Assembly: GCA_002811645.1 (NCBI GenBank)
Contig: PDIP01000053.1
Span: 1 to 64,000 of the forward strand
Source of the DNA: Corallochytrium limacisporum Hawaii
Lineage: Eukaryota > Protista > Pluriformea
Direction: 5' to 3'
DNA length: 64,000 bases
The position numbers were made by a program, and so were the translations under genes. This document shows positions 33,680 to 45,100 of this stretch, piece by piece. Position 1 is the first letter of the stretch; the number at the start of each line of letters is the position of its first letter. A model generated the notes under the pieces. That model did no database searches, was not told the origin of the DNA, and saw only the letters and a program-made list of their open reading frames with translations.

Positions 33680-34537
33680 GTTTTTACGATTTGGTTGTCA
33701 GTGATTCTTTACATTATGTCTTTGTCCTTCGCACAAGATTCAAAAACCAGGACGGACGGTGGCCTTCTCAAATAGTCGGAAAGGATGCCAGTATCATCGC
33801 CATTTCCTTCTCTCAGCAACCAATTTGCAAGCACAAACATACGCGCGTACATATACGCGGCCTGGGGCCATTGATTTTCACACAACCCAGAGCAAACCAA
33901 TTCAGTGCGTGCACCCAGGGAACCATAGAGCGTGCTCTTGAAATCCCAGTGAACGATTCTTTCCCGCCACCTCGGCCAGCCAAGGGGAAAGACCCTGGGT
34001 TAGCCAGAAGCCACCCGGCGATGGGTTCGCAAGCGGAAATTTTCTTCCTTTCGGTTGGTTAGGTGGCGTTCGAACCGTTCGCGCCCAATATTACAGGGAC
34101 CGGAGCTCTCAGGCCAGCAACGTTACGCGACGAAGAAAACTGAAAGCACTATTTATTTGAATTGGGCAGGGAAGCCACTGAGGCTTCCGGTACATTCTCT
34201 ACCTCCACCGGGGAAAGGCGACTAGGGAGGAGGGGCCGGTCTCATGGAGAAAACGTGGTACATTCGGTACGGCCACAGGGACTGTGTTGTCTATTTCGAC
34301 AGCGACTGTTTGGGGGGGGGGGAGTGGTTTGCTGGCTGCAGCTTGCTGTAGGGACGGAGCCACGGCGGACATGTTTTGGCCTGACGCCAACGGAGCCATG
34401 GGCTCGGCAACTACCGCTTGGAAACTATTTCACGTCTAAAACGTAGTATGAACAGGTTTTTAGAGTTTAATGAATGATTTACGTAAGTAATCAAGGGGTT
34501 CGGTATTTTTCCGAATAGATCACAATAGATCACAACC

Positions 34538-35515
34538 ATGTCACTCTTTCCAGTCTCCGCAGCGCCGGAGAGCAATAACTTAGTAGAGTTCAAGGCAGGG
34601 AAGATGACTATGGACGACAATAAATTGGTGACTGCTGACGAGCGTAAGGGCAAGATTTTTCTTTACGTTGCAGATGACGGACTTCTGCACTTCTGCTGGC
34701 AGGAGCGAGCCAACAACGTGGCACAGCCAGAGGATGACCTTATCATTTTCCCTGGCCAATGCGACTTCAAAAAATGTAAGAGTGCTCCTGAAGAGTCTCG
34801 GGTAGCTATATTCTCCTTCTGTGACTCTGACCGTAAGATATTCTACTGGATGCAGGACCCTGACTCTTCTCAGGATCAGCGTCTTTGGAATCGAGTAAAC
34901 GCCATTCTGAATGCTGATGACCCTAAGGATGCAGGCGATGGCATGCCCGAGGAACCCAATGGTGATGCTGGGCAGGGCGGAACTGGTGCTGGCGAGAGCA
35001 CTGAAGACGCTAGAGATGCAGATGCCAATGATGCCACAGACGGCCAGGGAGGCGATGCCATGGACACAGAGGAAGGGGGAACAGGCGCAGGTGAGGGCGG
35101 TGCTGCCCCTGGTGGTGCGACAGATATGAGTTCTGCAATGCGCTCCATGGGAATTGACTGGGGACAGCTTGGCCAGCAGATTGGAGCCATGGGGCAGCAG
35201 GGACCCCGTGACATTTCGTTGATGGATGTCATTTCTGCGGACTCTATGTCTTCGACCCTGGATGACGACACAGTACTTTCTCGGCTCGTGGAACATCTCC
35301 CTCCTTCGTTGAGCAAGACTCGTGGGGAACTGCTGGAGACCTACCGCAGTGCGCAATTTTCACAGGCTGTTGGCATCGTTGAATATGCCATTCACACAGG
35401 TGACTTTGGTGCAGTGGCTGCGGAACTAGGCCTTGACTTTCAACAGATTATGACACCTACGGTTGATAGCTTCCTCACCGCGCTGCAGAACAAACACGCC
35501 ACGACCAGTACCTAG
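34538..35515 (+). CDS. ADRM1: Proteasomal ubiquitin receptor Rpn13
   Basis: Pru domain (LVEFKAGKM, D.RKG, DDGLLHFCW..R, EDDLIIFP, FYWMQ), acidic/Gly linker, DEUBAD-like C-terminus (L..HLP..RSAQFSQA). Confidence 0.94.
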   Translation: MSLFPVSAAPESNNLVEFKAGKMTMDDNKLVTADERKGKIFLYVADDGLLHFCWQERANNVAQPEDDLIIFPGQCDFKKCKSAPEESRVAIFSFCDSDRKIFYWMQDPDSSQDQRLWNRVNAILNADDPKDAGDGMPEEPNGDAGQGGTGAGESTEDARDADANDATDGQGGDAMDTEEGGTGAGEGGAAPGGATDMSSAMRSMGIDWGQLGQQIGAMGQQGPRDISLMDVISADSMSSTLDDDTVLSRLVEHLPPSLSKTRGELLETYRSAQFSQAVGIVEYAIHTGDFGAVAAELGLDFQQIMTPTVDSFLTALQNKHATTST

Positions 35516-35593
35516 GATATTGTAGATCAATACTAGAAACACTGCATAGCTTCGAAAATCACATAATTATTTCTTTAGTCTCATACTATCGTA

Positions 35594-36196
35594 TTACAGG
35601 ATGTACATGGCAAAAATGACAACACTCAATGTTGTCGACATTGCAATGTTTGCTGCTCCACCTCCATCATCCCCATCGGAAGGTCCATCGCCATCCTCGG
35701 TCTCCAGGGGAGCGGACTGAGGTTCATATCCATTGATCCTGAGGAATATCTGTGTATAGTACGGGGTTCCATCAGAGTCATCTTCGATCCCAAGGCAGGC
35801 AACATTGAAGACGCCATTCTCTATATTTGTGCGATGCCCACTGCTGCGGAGCCATCCATTCGTGACTACGTCAACGGGAGAGTACCCGTACGCAACGTTC
35901 TCGGCGGAAGAATTAATGGAGTAGTGATCTCGCATCTCAGTCACACGGTCTGAAAATCCGTCGTGGTTGATGTCCTTATTATCTGCTTGCCCCCTGGAAT
36001 GGTCCTCGCACAGATTCTGGAGTCTCTGATCACAATACATCTTCTGGAGCCCCTCACTGTCTCTATGGTCGTTAATCGTGTCAAAGGTTGTTTCCTCATC
36101 GGCGCTCAGATTGCATCCATCCGTCCATGGAGACTCAGCTTGCACGAACCCAGCAAATAAACTGATGCCAATGGCTACATTTTGTAGGACCCCCAT
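35594..36196 (-). CDS. Secreted CAP/SCP-domain protein with a likely GPI-anchor signal
   Basis: 200 aa. Signal peptide, IN.HR...GL, H..F..R, AENVAYG, W..S.GHR.NI, YYTQIF, acidic spacer, hydrophobic C-terminal tail. Confidence 0.85.
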   Translation of the reverse strand: MGVLQNVAIGISLFAGFVQAESPWTDGCNLSADEETTFDTINDHRDSEGLQKMYCDQRLQNLCEDHSRGQADNKDINHDGFSDRVTEMRDHYSINSSAENVAYGYSPVDVVTNGWLRSSGHRTNIENGVFNVACLGIEDDSDGTPYYTQIFLRINGYEPQSAPLETEDGDGPSDGDDGGGAANIAMSTTLSVVIFAMYIL

Positions 36197-37448
36197 GGTG
36201 AATCTTACACACCTACTCCCACCGTGCTTACATACTCAGCAGGCAAGACTGGTGTCTTCCGTACAGTGCCACATCAGTCCTCAACCTTTTGTACCTTCAC
36301 ATACGTTGCTTTTTGCCACCCTGCACAGCATGGTGATTTCGTTAATCGGACTTGTACCCAACAAAAGAATTGAGGACATTCGCATAGATTTGCTCCTACA
36401 TCTGTCCTTTCCGGCTTTGCAAAATCGCTACCGGCACCGGGGCGCGAACCCACCGTGCGCACCACCCTCCTAGACCCCACCGGAGCCAGAAAAAATCGAA
36501 CCAATGACATCGCAGCATATTCCTCACTCTTTGGCCCAACAATTTGCACGGTTGGTGAAAAAAATTCAGAAGAGGGCCGACTGAGTGTCGTCATTGAGGG
36601 GACATCTATCTGCGCGGTCCGGTGCCAGCGATGGAATGAGCATGCCCTGCAGTGTCCGTTCCATCACGAGAGATAGCCGACGTTACTGTTTGACGCGAAC
36701 GATTCGATAGCAGAAACCTATACGCATACATTGTGGATGAAAAACGAATGTCAGCATTATCTGACTCACCATGTCCGATGTGATTACCCTGTCTCAGACG
36801 ACTATGTTGGCGATCTACCGGTCATCTATCTTCGTTTGCATCTTCATTGACAGCGACAAGCAGGTAGACCAAAACTCTGAGAGATGAAAAAGTCCTAGCA
36901 CACCCATCACTGACGAGGACGACGAAGATTGTGACAATAATATACCAAGGAAAGTGGACTACCGCTGCTGAGTAAACCGGCAAAACTCACACCTGCTACC
37001 CCACGCTGGGTGGTAGATAGCCCCTCTCTTTTGGTCGCGGGAGCAACGCCGGTGGTTGGCTGGGCAGAGGTGGCACAAAAGGTCAAATGGGGGCCTATTT
37101 TCTCACTCTCACATTGGGCGGGAAATATTTGAGACCGAGGTCCTTCGTGATGAGGGCGAGAAAGGGTCTCCCGCCGGTGAGCCCCGTCTCTCTCCGGGGA
37201 GCACACTGGCCTGCCCCTGAGCTAAACGGTACACGCCCGTGCCGGATGAAAACGGCAAGATCATCATATCGGATTGGGTATGTCTGTGTATGCCCATTGA
37301 AACAGTGGTATAAGATAGCCCTTCTGTATGAAGTACGGCTGTATGTCTTGAGCTTCATGGACATCTGTACGGAAGGGAAAGGAATCGGTTGAGCATGTCG
37401 AACAGTTGTGACGAAAAAGTTTAGGGCCCTATATAACGCAGGCACAAA

Positions 37449-39485
37449 ATGTCAGCAGAGGATTCTGATGCATCCGCGTTCATGGACGAATCTGAGTTAC
37501 GAGAAGCTGCTCTGTCTGTAAACGTCAGAGTTGCGTCTGGTGCTTTGCAAGATGTGACCAACCGGTCCCCGTCACATAGAACCAAGACTGTCGCAGCTCA
37601 CAAACAGGTGTCGGCAACTCGTTCAGCTAGTGATGAGGATGAGGATGATGGACATAATTGTCCAATATGTATGGATCCATACACAACTACCGGAGAACAT
37701 CAAGCCACGGTATTAAAATGCGGGCATTTGTACGGCAATAGGTGCATTCGAACGTGGTTGAAACAGGGAGGGTTAAACAAGGCTTGTCCCTCGTGCAATG
37801 CTCCAGTTCGTGCCAAGGACTTGGTCTCATTGACTGTGACACGAGTTTGTGCCGTGGATAACAGTGATAAGGAAAACATTTTGCGTTCATTGGAAAGAGA
37901 GCGAAAACTCCGACTGCGGGCAGAGGAGAGAGAGGCGACCCTTGAATGCGAAAAGCTGTCATGGACGAAGCGAGCACAAAAGGCTGAAGAAGACCTGCGT
38001 GTGGTCCGCACAATTCTGGCCCGAACAAAGCAAGCTGTAGAAGACATGGAGCGGAAGACTATAACACATCCGACTGATCAAGAAAAAAACGAAAATGCCG
38101 TGGTGAATCGTGCCCAAACGGCCCTCAAAAATGTACTTTCATCTCTATGGGTTAGAGCTGTTGACCGTCCGATCGAGTGGGAACAGCATCTCAAGGGTAC
38201 AGAGTTCGCATTCATTCCTGCAATGGGAGTGACTGTGGTTGGCGCATTGAACATAGATCGGGATATTTGGGGACTCATTGGTATTCCCTGTAACAGTAAC
38301 AAAGTTGTGCAATTTCCGTTTGCAAATGGATCATCACATTTGGGGCGAATCACTGGACTAGCAGTTGGCGATTGCCCTAGTTATGTCCCAACAACTGGTG
38401 AATGGACAAGTGCATACGAAAATGGTACTTCGTTGGTAGCTGTTATGTACCATAAGGTCGTGCGTGTATTGGATTTCGAGAATCAGTGGGTGAAAGCAAC
38501 CTTTCGGGCACATACACGTCCTTACCAACCACGTAGTTGTCGGTGGTTGCCACCAACCGTCCAAGAAGCCCAAAGGAATCCCACGAGACCTTTGAGGTTT
38601 ATTGTGTGCGGTAGCGCGCGAGCAAGCATTGTCGTGCAGGACATGCACCATTCGACAAACATACCGCGAACCTTAGCTCTCCAGAAGGATGATGAAAAAA
38701 CTGTGTTTGGTGGGCGATACCCTGAACCTCTGAGAGGAATCCACATATGGGATTCCTACAGTCGTAGTACAGGTGAATCTTTCCAGGACAACAACCCGAA
38801 AGAAGCTGATGACGTGCAACCTGAAAAGAAACGCTGCCTGGATCTCGGCAACGATGGCTATGATCTCCTGTTATGGACCCAGAAGGCCGTCATTTTGACC
38901 CGTGCGGAAGTTGATAAGTGCACCGGTTTACTAGAGGAGCGTCTGATATATGTCGCTCATACGGAATTTAAAAGACTGTATGAGACAATGAGTACTCTGG
39001 AGCCTAATGTGTTTGTTCTCCATGGCTATGAAAATAATGAAGAAGAACCTGGTATCTACATTTTGCGCATCGATATCCGCAACGGTGGAGCACAAATGTT
39101 CTGTAAGAAGGTTGACATGGGTAAGGTAGGGGTGCCCGGACGAAAGGAAAAGGCCATGACAGTCTTTCATCGCAAAGGCAAGACAATTCTTGCTTACAGT
39201 GTCGCGGAGCAGCACCTGATTCGGTTTGCTTGGCTTAAGGGTCTGGATGACTACGGTCACGGTACTGTTGATTGGGACTCGGCAGATTTTGAGACAGTTC
39301 TCATCCCTGGCTATACACGTCACCCAACTGGAGCGTCTGCGTGCCAGAGCGTCCTCTGTGGCAACATCGGCATTCCTACCGCCGACACCTACCTCATGGT
39401 TTCACTATATGACAGACAGATCAGCTACTACGACATCACGGAAGGAGCTGGTCAAGACGATATGCCCGCAGACGGCTTGCTGTAA
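37449..39485 (+). CDS. RFWD3: RFWD3-like RING E3 ubiquitin ligase
   Basis: RING CPICMD.YT..GEH....LKCGHLYG..CI..WL.....CPSCN, then a coiled coil (LERERKLR) and a divergent beta-rich C-terminal region. Confidence 0.82.
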   Translation: MSAEDSDASAFMDESELREAALSVNVRVASGALQDVTNRSPSHRTKTVAAHKQVSATRSASDEDEDDGHNCPICMDPYTTTGEHQATVLKCGHLYGNRCIRTWLKQGGLNKACPSCNAPVRAKDLVSLTVTRVCAVDNSDKENILRSLERERKLRLRAEEREATLECEKLSWTKRAQKAEEDLRVVRTILARTKQAVEDMERKTITHPTDQEKNENAVVNRAQTALKNVLSSLWVRAVDRPIEWEQHLKGTEFAFIPAMGVTVVGALNIDRDIWGLIGIPCNSNKVVQFPFANGSSHLGRITGLAVGDCPSYVPTTGEWTSAYENGTSLVAVMYHKVVRVLDFENQWVKATFRAHTRPYQPRSCRWLPPTVQEAQRNPTRPLRFIVCGSARASIVVQDMHHSTNIPRTLALQKDDEKTVFGGRYPEPLRGIHIWDSYSRSTGESFQDNNPKEADDVQPEKKRCLDLGNDGYDLLLWTQKAVILTRAEVDKCTGLLEERLIYVAHTEFKRLYETMSTLEPNVFVLHGYENNEEEPGIYILRIDIRNGGAQMFCKKVDMGKVGVPGRKEKAMTVFHRKGKTILAYSVAEQHLIRFAWLKGLDDYGHGTVDWDSADFETVLIPGYTRHPTGASACQSVLCGNIGIPTADTYLMVSLYDRQISYYDITEGAGQDDMPADGLL

Positions 39486-39554
39486 GGGGCAGAGCACATC
39501 TGAACAACACATAATGTATCTTCTAGGAATTCATTTGTACACAATTTACTGAGG

Positions 39555-40628
39555 CTACTTACCCCGATTGAAGACACTGTCGTCATCGTTTGCGTCCCCA
39601 TTGACAACTGGACTTTCAAACTGTCCAGACAATTCAATGTCCTTTCCTGGAACAGGTGCATATCCCGTAGCCTGTGGCTTTGGAAGCGACGCATTGTCCC
39701 GTTTCTGATTCGCCTCAACGTACTTGATGTAAGAATAGTACAGGGAACCGAGAATACTAATGTTGATACCAAGGAAGTTGATAACACTGAAGACATAGTC
39801 CGGAGAAATGAGCATACCAAAGTAAGTGCTCAACACATTCTTCAAGCAACCCACGACGCTGGTGGTCAGGGCGCTGTTGTAGGAGGTGCATAGGAAGATG
39901 CTGTAGTTCAATACGGCACCCAGGATACAACTCAGAATGAAACACAGCTGAAAGCCTAATGAGCCAAAGTACTCAAATTGCATCACCTTTTCATGCTCTC
40001 CAGGAATCATGAAATAGATGACAATTAGAATTGGCAGAGAGAAGAATGTGTTGTAGTATATCAACCCGAATGTACCGAGATCTTTGGAGTCCAGCTTCTG
40101 CTTGAGTACCGCACCATAAAGAGCCGTGAATACATTGTTAATTGTGATGATGGTGTATCCCCAGGCATCAAAGGAGAGGTCGTCAGCCGCGGCCACCACA
40201 GCGCCCAGAATCATGCCGGCGACGCTCATCTTCACCTCATAGGTAGCCTCAATCCCCTGAATATACTGCTCAGCCACCATAATCATCCATATGCTGAAGC
40301 GACGAAGCACTGTGAACATTGGAATAGAAATAGCCTTTGTACCGCCTAGACCAGTGACCTGATTTCCCATGAAGATCAGTGGCAAGGGCCAAACTTTCTT
40401 GAACACCCGGTGCGAGTAGTCTTGGAACTCAATCTGTCCGGAGCGCTTCAACAATTGCAGCGCAATGAGAGTGATAATACCCTGGCCAATGGCCAACGCC
40501 ATAGACGATGGGAAACCCCACGATGTTAAGGTCCATTTGTTTGCAAAAACTATAACCAAAGAGGCGACGCCGTAAAATGCTGCGGCCCCAGCCTTCATTG
40601 TACCGGTCACCTCCGTTGTCACCACCAT
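39555..40628 (-). CDS. SLC35D-family nucleotide-sugar transporter
   Basis: AAFYGVAS..IVFANK..LT...FPS, PLPL, GLGGTK.IS.PMFTVLRRFSI, DLG.FGL.YYN, CT.YNSALTT.VVG.LKN. Start is ATG 40628 or upstream in-frame ATG 40784. Confidence 0.92.
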   Translation of the reverse strand: MVVTTEVTGTMKAGAAAFYGVASLVIVFANKWTLTSWGFPSSMALAIGQGIITLIALQLLKRSGQIEFQDYSHRVFKKVWPLPLIFMGNQVTGLGGTKAISIPMFTVLRRFSIWMIMVAEQYIQGIEATYEVKMSVAGMILGAVVAAADDLSFDAWGYTIITINNVFTALYGAVLKQKLDSKDLGTFGLIYYNTFFSLPILIVIYFMIPGEHEKVMQFEYFGSLGFQLCFILSCILGAVLNYSIFLCTSYNSALTTSVVGCLKNVLSTYFGMLISPDYVFSVINFLGINISILGSLYYSYIKYVEANQKRDNASLPKPQATGYAPVPGKDIELSGQFESPVVNGDANDDDSVFNRGK

Positions 40629-41107
40629 ATTTCCAGTGTTTGTTTCAATCTCGTGGTTTGAGGTAGTCGAACGCTTATGCAGACAGTGGTGGTATTGCGC
40701 CGGCCATTGCCCTATGATCCTCCAAATAGGTTCAGAGCCTGTCCAAACTACTGCCTGTCTTACTGACCACTGCAACAACCTCATCGATTCCGTGGTTCAC
40801 CTGCACGGCTTAGTCCGGGTCCATGTCCAATGATCCCCCGTGGTGCCAGGTGATCGAAAATCCCTCACACCAGTGCCTCAGAGGAAACAAACCCCCCCCC
40901 CTTCCCTCGGCGCGGGAACACAGTTCGTGCACAGCGCTGGGGTACATTGGTCGAGCAGGCTGAGGGCTCTGACCTCGATCACTGTATTCACCAGGGCGGG
41001 GTCCCCCGCCGCTCTTTCCTCCGTTCTTATGTTCCCTTGCGGTGGTTTTCTATTGGTTCCCACCGCGTCGGCCACCACCGGCTCGGGTGTTGCTGTGTGC
41101 TCAGCGC

Positions 41108-41130
41108 GTGTGTGTGTACGTGTGTGTGTG
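41108..41130. repeat. Interrupted (GT)n microsatellite
   Basis: gtgtgtgtgtacgtgtgtgtgtg. Confidence 0.65.
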
Positions 41131-41346
41131 TTGCAAATTTACATCGGCGACCGTCCCATGGATTCCTCCCTGAGCGTTGGAGGATGCTTCATCTGTTCTT
41201 TCTTACTTTCAACACTTCCCGGTATTTTCCTTTTATCTGCGGCACACGCAGACCGGGCCGCTGCGATGAAGGACAAATAAAAAAAAACGACAAAAGAACA
41301 GGGAGTGGTGGTGGTGGCTTTAGGCTCCAGTGTAGCGTGGCTATGA

Positions 41347-41433
41347 NNNNNNNNNNNNNNNNNNNNNNNNNNNNNNNNNNNNNNNNNNNNNNNNNNNNNN
41401 NNNNNNNNNNNNNNNNNNNNNNNNNNNNNNNNN
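41347..41433. other. Assembly gap (N run)
   Basis: Ns followed by a G run. Confidence 0.99.
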
Positions 41434-42146
41434 GGGGGAGGTGGATCCGCAGCACGGTAAATGAAGGGGACTGGCTTTTTAGGGCCGATGGTCAGTTGCG
41501 TCACACACTTTCCCCGCTACCGCCGGCCCCCCCGGGGGCACCAACGCGAACAAAGAACGCCAGATTAAAAACACTCTTCGGGCGGGGAGCGCGAGGGAAG
41601 GGTAGGGGTCTGCGGTGCTCTCTGCCCGCGCGGGCCTCTCGAAACAAAAAGCCAGCGAGAGTCCGAGAGGGGTTTTTTGCGGATGGGAGGGGTTGGGGGG
41701 GCACAGCAGTCGCTCCCGGGCCGGGCAAGCGCCCCGTACTCTTTGCTGATGGGGCGGACTGCAAGCGAGCCAGGGAGTGCAAAGTAGGCAGGCAGGGGCA
41801 TTTCTGGACGTACTTTGGCTTAGCCACGGTGTGGATCAGAAATATCTAGCGTGCCTTTTGCTTGCACTGGACCTGTGTGGGTGCCGTGGATGAACGGAGG
41901 TCCGAACCGCCTCGCTTGCTGAGACGCTACAAGGAAGATCATTCTGTCTCCGAAGCTATTTCTTCCGGCCATGGGTGGCTACAACATGGTATGTAGAGGG
42001 TCATCCGCTTAGCAGTATGCAGAGCACAGCGGACTGAATACAATTGTTCGCTTCGCAGAGAGGACATTGATGATGTGTAAGATGATGTGTAAGAAAATGT
42101 GTATGTTTGGGGGGTAGTTCTCAGAGAGTCAATCATTGTTAACTAG

Positions 42147-45100
42147 ATGACAATGTCAGACCGCGGTAACAACGCGGATCTTGAAGAATTAGCCAATGCA
42201 GCGTTGGAGAATATGATTGAGAGTGCGGAACGGGCCCGAGAAGCACGAGAACGATACACAAGCCGTTTGTCAAGCCTCACTGGGGACCGCGATGCCAGTG
42301 AAGGCCCAGAGGATGAATCTCCAATAAACTGGCAATTAGATAGTGTCCGGCGCAGTGAAGAATCTTTCGAAGAGCTCAGACTTTTTTCACCAAAGAATTA
42401 CCGCCAAGGGCCATTCCCGTTCACGGTTCAGATTTGTCAAGAACTTGGCCTATCGGTAAAGGGAAATGTAAGGAAACCAGGCAGAATAGTACAGAGAGAC
42501 CATATACTGTCCCGCCTACGTATCAAAAGCGAGAAAACTTCAACGTCCACGTCTGGACGGACTCAGTCTGCTTCTAATGTAATCAAGACTCAAGACGGAA
42601 GGAATGTTGTTCGAATTCTTGAAGGCATAGCGAGTGCTTCCCGACGAGGATGTCCATCATGTGTAGTGGGGCATTTGGTTGACCTGACCGACTACATTGT
42701 CGAAATTGCGGGAGACATGCATGCAGAACGGTCTCTTCCGTCTGATCCTCTAGATGAGTTTGAGGAATTGTTCATATTAATGGACCTACCTGTGATCCTT
42801 CGAAGGATAATCAAAGACTATGCGTTCCTTGCTTACGATTGCAAGCACCAGGATCCAGTGCTTTGGAAGAGATACTGTGGAAAAGTGAGAACGTGTAAGG
42901 GGCTTAAGGAACACTATGGATACGCACGGGTGCCCTCTCGCATTCACAAACTTGATGAAACTAGAAACTCCACAATTATCATACATTCGGCTGTACCGGT
43001 CCTGGACGATCTCATTGATGAACAATTGAGAGAATCCCCGAATCTGTTGCAGCGCACAGCGTGTATCTTGTCCCTAGAGCTTATTAAGCATTGCTTGGAA
43101 AGGCATGCCAACTACGTCGTTCCAACGTTTGCAGATTCAGACTTCATCACATCGCTGTTTTACCTGCTCCGCGATGCTCACATGGCGGCGCAGGCGATGT
43201 GTCTCTTGGAGGAAGGACTCGTCATCAGGCGAAAGATGTACAGCTTATCTAATGTGTGTTTTTTGAAGGAGTATCTGGACAACAGGGACACTCTGGAAAA
43301 CGCTACACTATGTCGATTGCTTGGTCTAATCGTGCACGATCAGGATTTGCCTATGTTCAATACGGACAAAGGAAATATGGTACTGAACCAGGGGAGCGTG
43401 ACATCCACACGCTCAAAGAATGTGCGAACTGCTGATGAGAACGTCGCTCTTCTGGTTAAGAGCCGCCAGTTTCTTACCTCGCTTGTGTCCACGATCAGGC
43501 TTGAGACCATTTTCCAACTACAAGTCATTGGCTGCCAACATGGCACGGTGGCCAGTTCCGAACATATCTCAATTTTGATCCAAGATCTGTGTTCAAACGA
43601 AATGCAACTCCGCTGGGAAAATGGAGATCAGCAACTGGATGTGACAGAGTTCACACCGAGATCGCTTGCCGCCATGCGGCCTCCGGTCTATCGGAAAATG
43701 CGAACAGTGGAAGTGCTGCACGTATTGGCCTCAATATCCGGGTCATCAATGAGGCCGAGTGTTGTGGAATTTCTCTACCGCGAAGGCTTTCCTTGTTGGA
43801 TGGGAGCCTTATTTAAACAGATGAGATGGGATGATCCCACCTCGCTGCGATCAGACCACATTCATGGTCCCAACTGTGAGTGTAGCCCAGAAGATGGATT
43901 CCGGATTCAGTGTATGAGACTGTTTCACAACTACTGTGAAGGTCTGCCAGGTGTGCACCATAAAAGACGCCTTTGGGGGAACAAACGGAAAGACATTGAA
44001 ACTATAGAGGAGAACCTCTCGATTCTCTCTTGTCATAGGCTACTGCATGCTCACAAGATCACTCTTGACGAGTGGTGTGATGCAAATGAAGTGGACTTGG
44101 ACACAGTTGAAGAAGATCATGCAGCGCTTTATTGGCCTTTAATCCCGGAGATGAATGAAGATCCAGGTTTGCTGAAACATCGGGCTGCTGGAAGGCGCGA
44201 GTTCACTACTTTTGAAGAGCGCAGTCTTCGATCATCTTGGCTGCAATCCTCCGCGCAGATGTGGCCATCCTCGTTAGCAAAGACTTTCAAGAAGTGGGAA
44301 GGTACGCTGCCGAATGGGGTGGAATTCTTCGAATTTGAGGGAACCAGCACTTTGATGGATCTCTCCCACCTTGACATGGTAGAGCCCACACGGGGTTGGC
44401 ATCACAAATGTACTTCAAATCTCATGATGAGCATTATCGACAGACTCATAAGGGAACCCTGGGACTCAAAATATGTGGTCTGGCTGGCATCCGCTGTAGA
44501 GGCCTACATCCGCGGTGCGCCATTGGCGGACAAGATCTATATTGATAGCGTACTTGACCTGCCAAAGCACCTTATTGCAAAGCTGATGAAAATGTATAAG
44601 GACGATCCCGATTCGACTGAAGCGGAGCCCATTGGACCGATCCAAAACATTTTTGATCTTCTTGGAGAACTATGGCGTTTTAACCCTTGGGGATTGGCTA
44701 TGAGACAGAAGGATTCGCGCAATCTCACCGGTATCATTCGAAGAGCCATGGAGGACCCGGTGGACTCGAATCTGATGATCCGGTACATCATCCTCACCAA
44801 TGTAGATGCGCGCATCAACAAAAACCCCTACATTGACTATGATCCGATGACATGTCCATACTCGCAGGCCCTCGTTGACAATTGGAAGTGTCTGGTGAAG
44901 ATATTCGAGGCCGTTTCGATTGACAATATGTGCACAGAGAACATTTGCTGCATCAATACGTCCCTTCTGATTTATCAGCTCCGCGATCACCATGAAGCTT
45001 GTGCTATGGCGTGGGACTTCATTGTCACAGATGAAACGAGGGGCTGTCCAGCGTTGCGCACGTTCCAACATGTCTTGCCGTCTTGGAAACTGTACTATCT

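Noticed and set aside
13100-34090. GTTCGA T-loop-like words (about 13106, 18415, 29917, 34068)
   Set aside because: No cloverleaf or A box around them, so they are not tRNAs.
34514-34533. Small two-copy duplications (AATAGATCAC x2; GATGATGTGTAA x2 at 42069; TGGATCCGCAGA x2 near 52640)
   Set aside because: Ordinary slippage-type duplications with no evidence of function.
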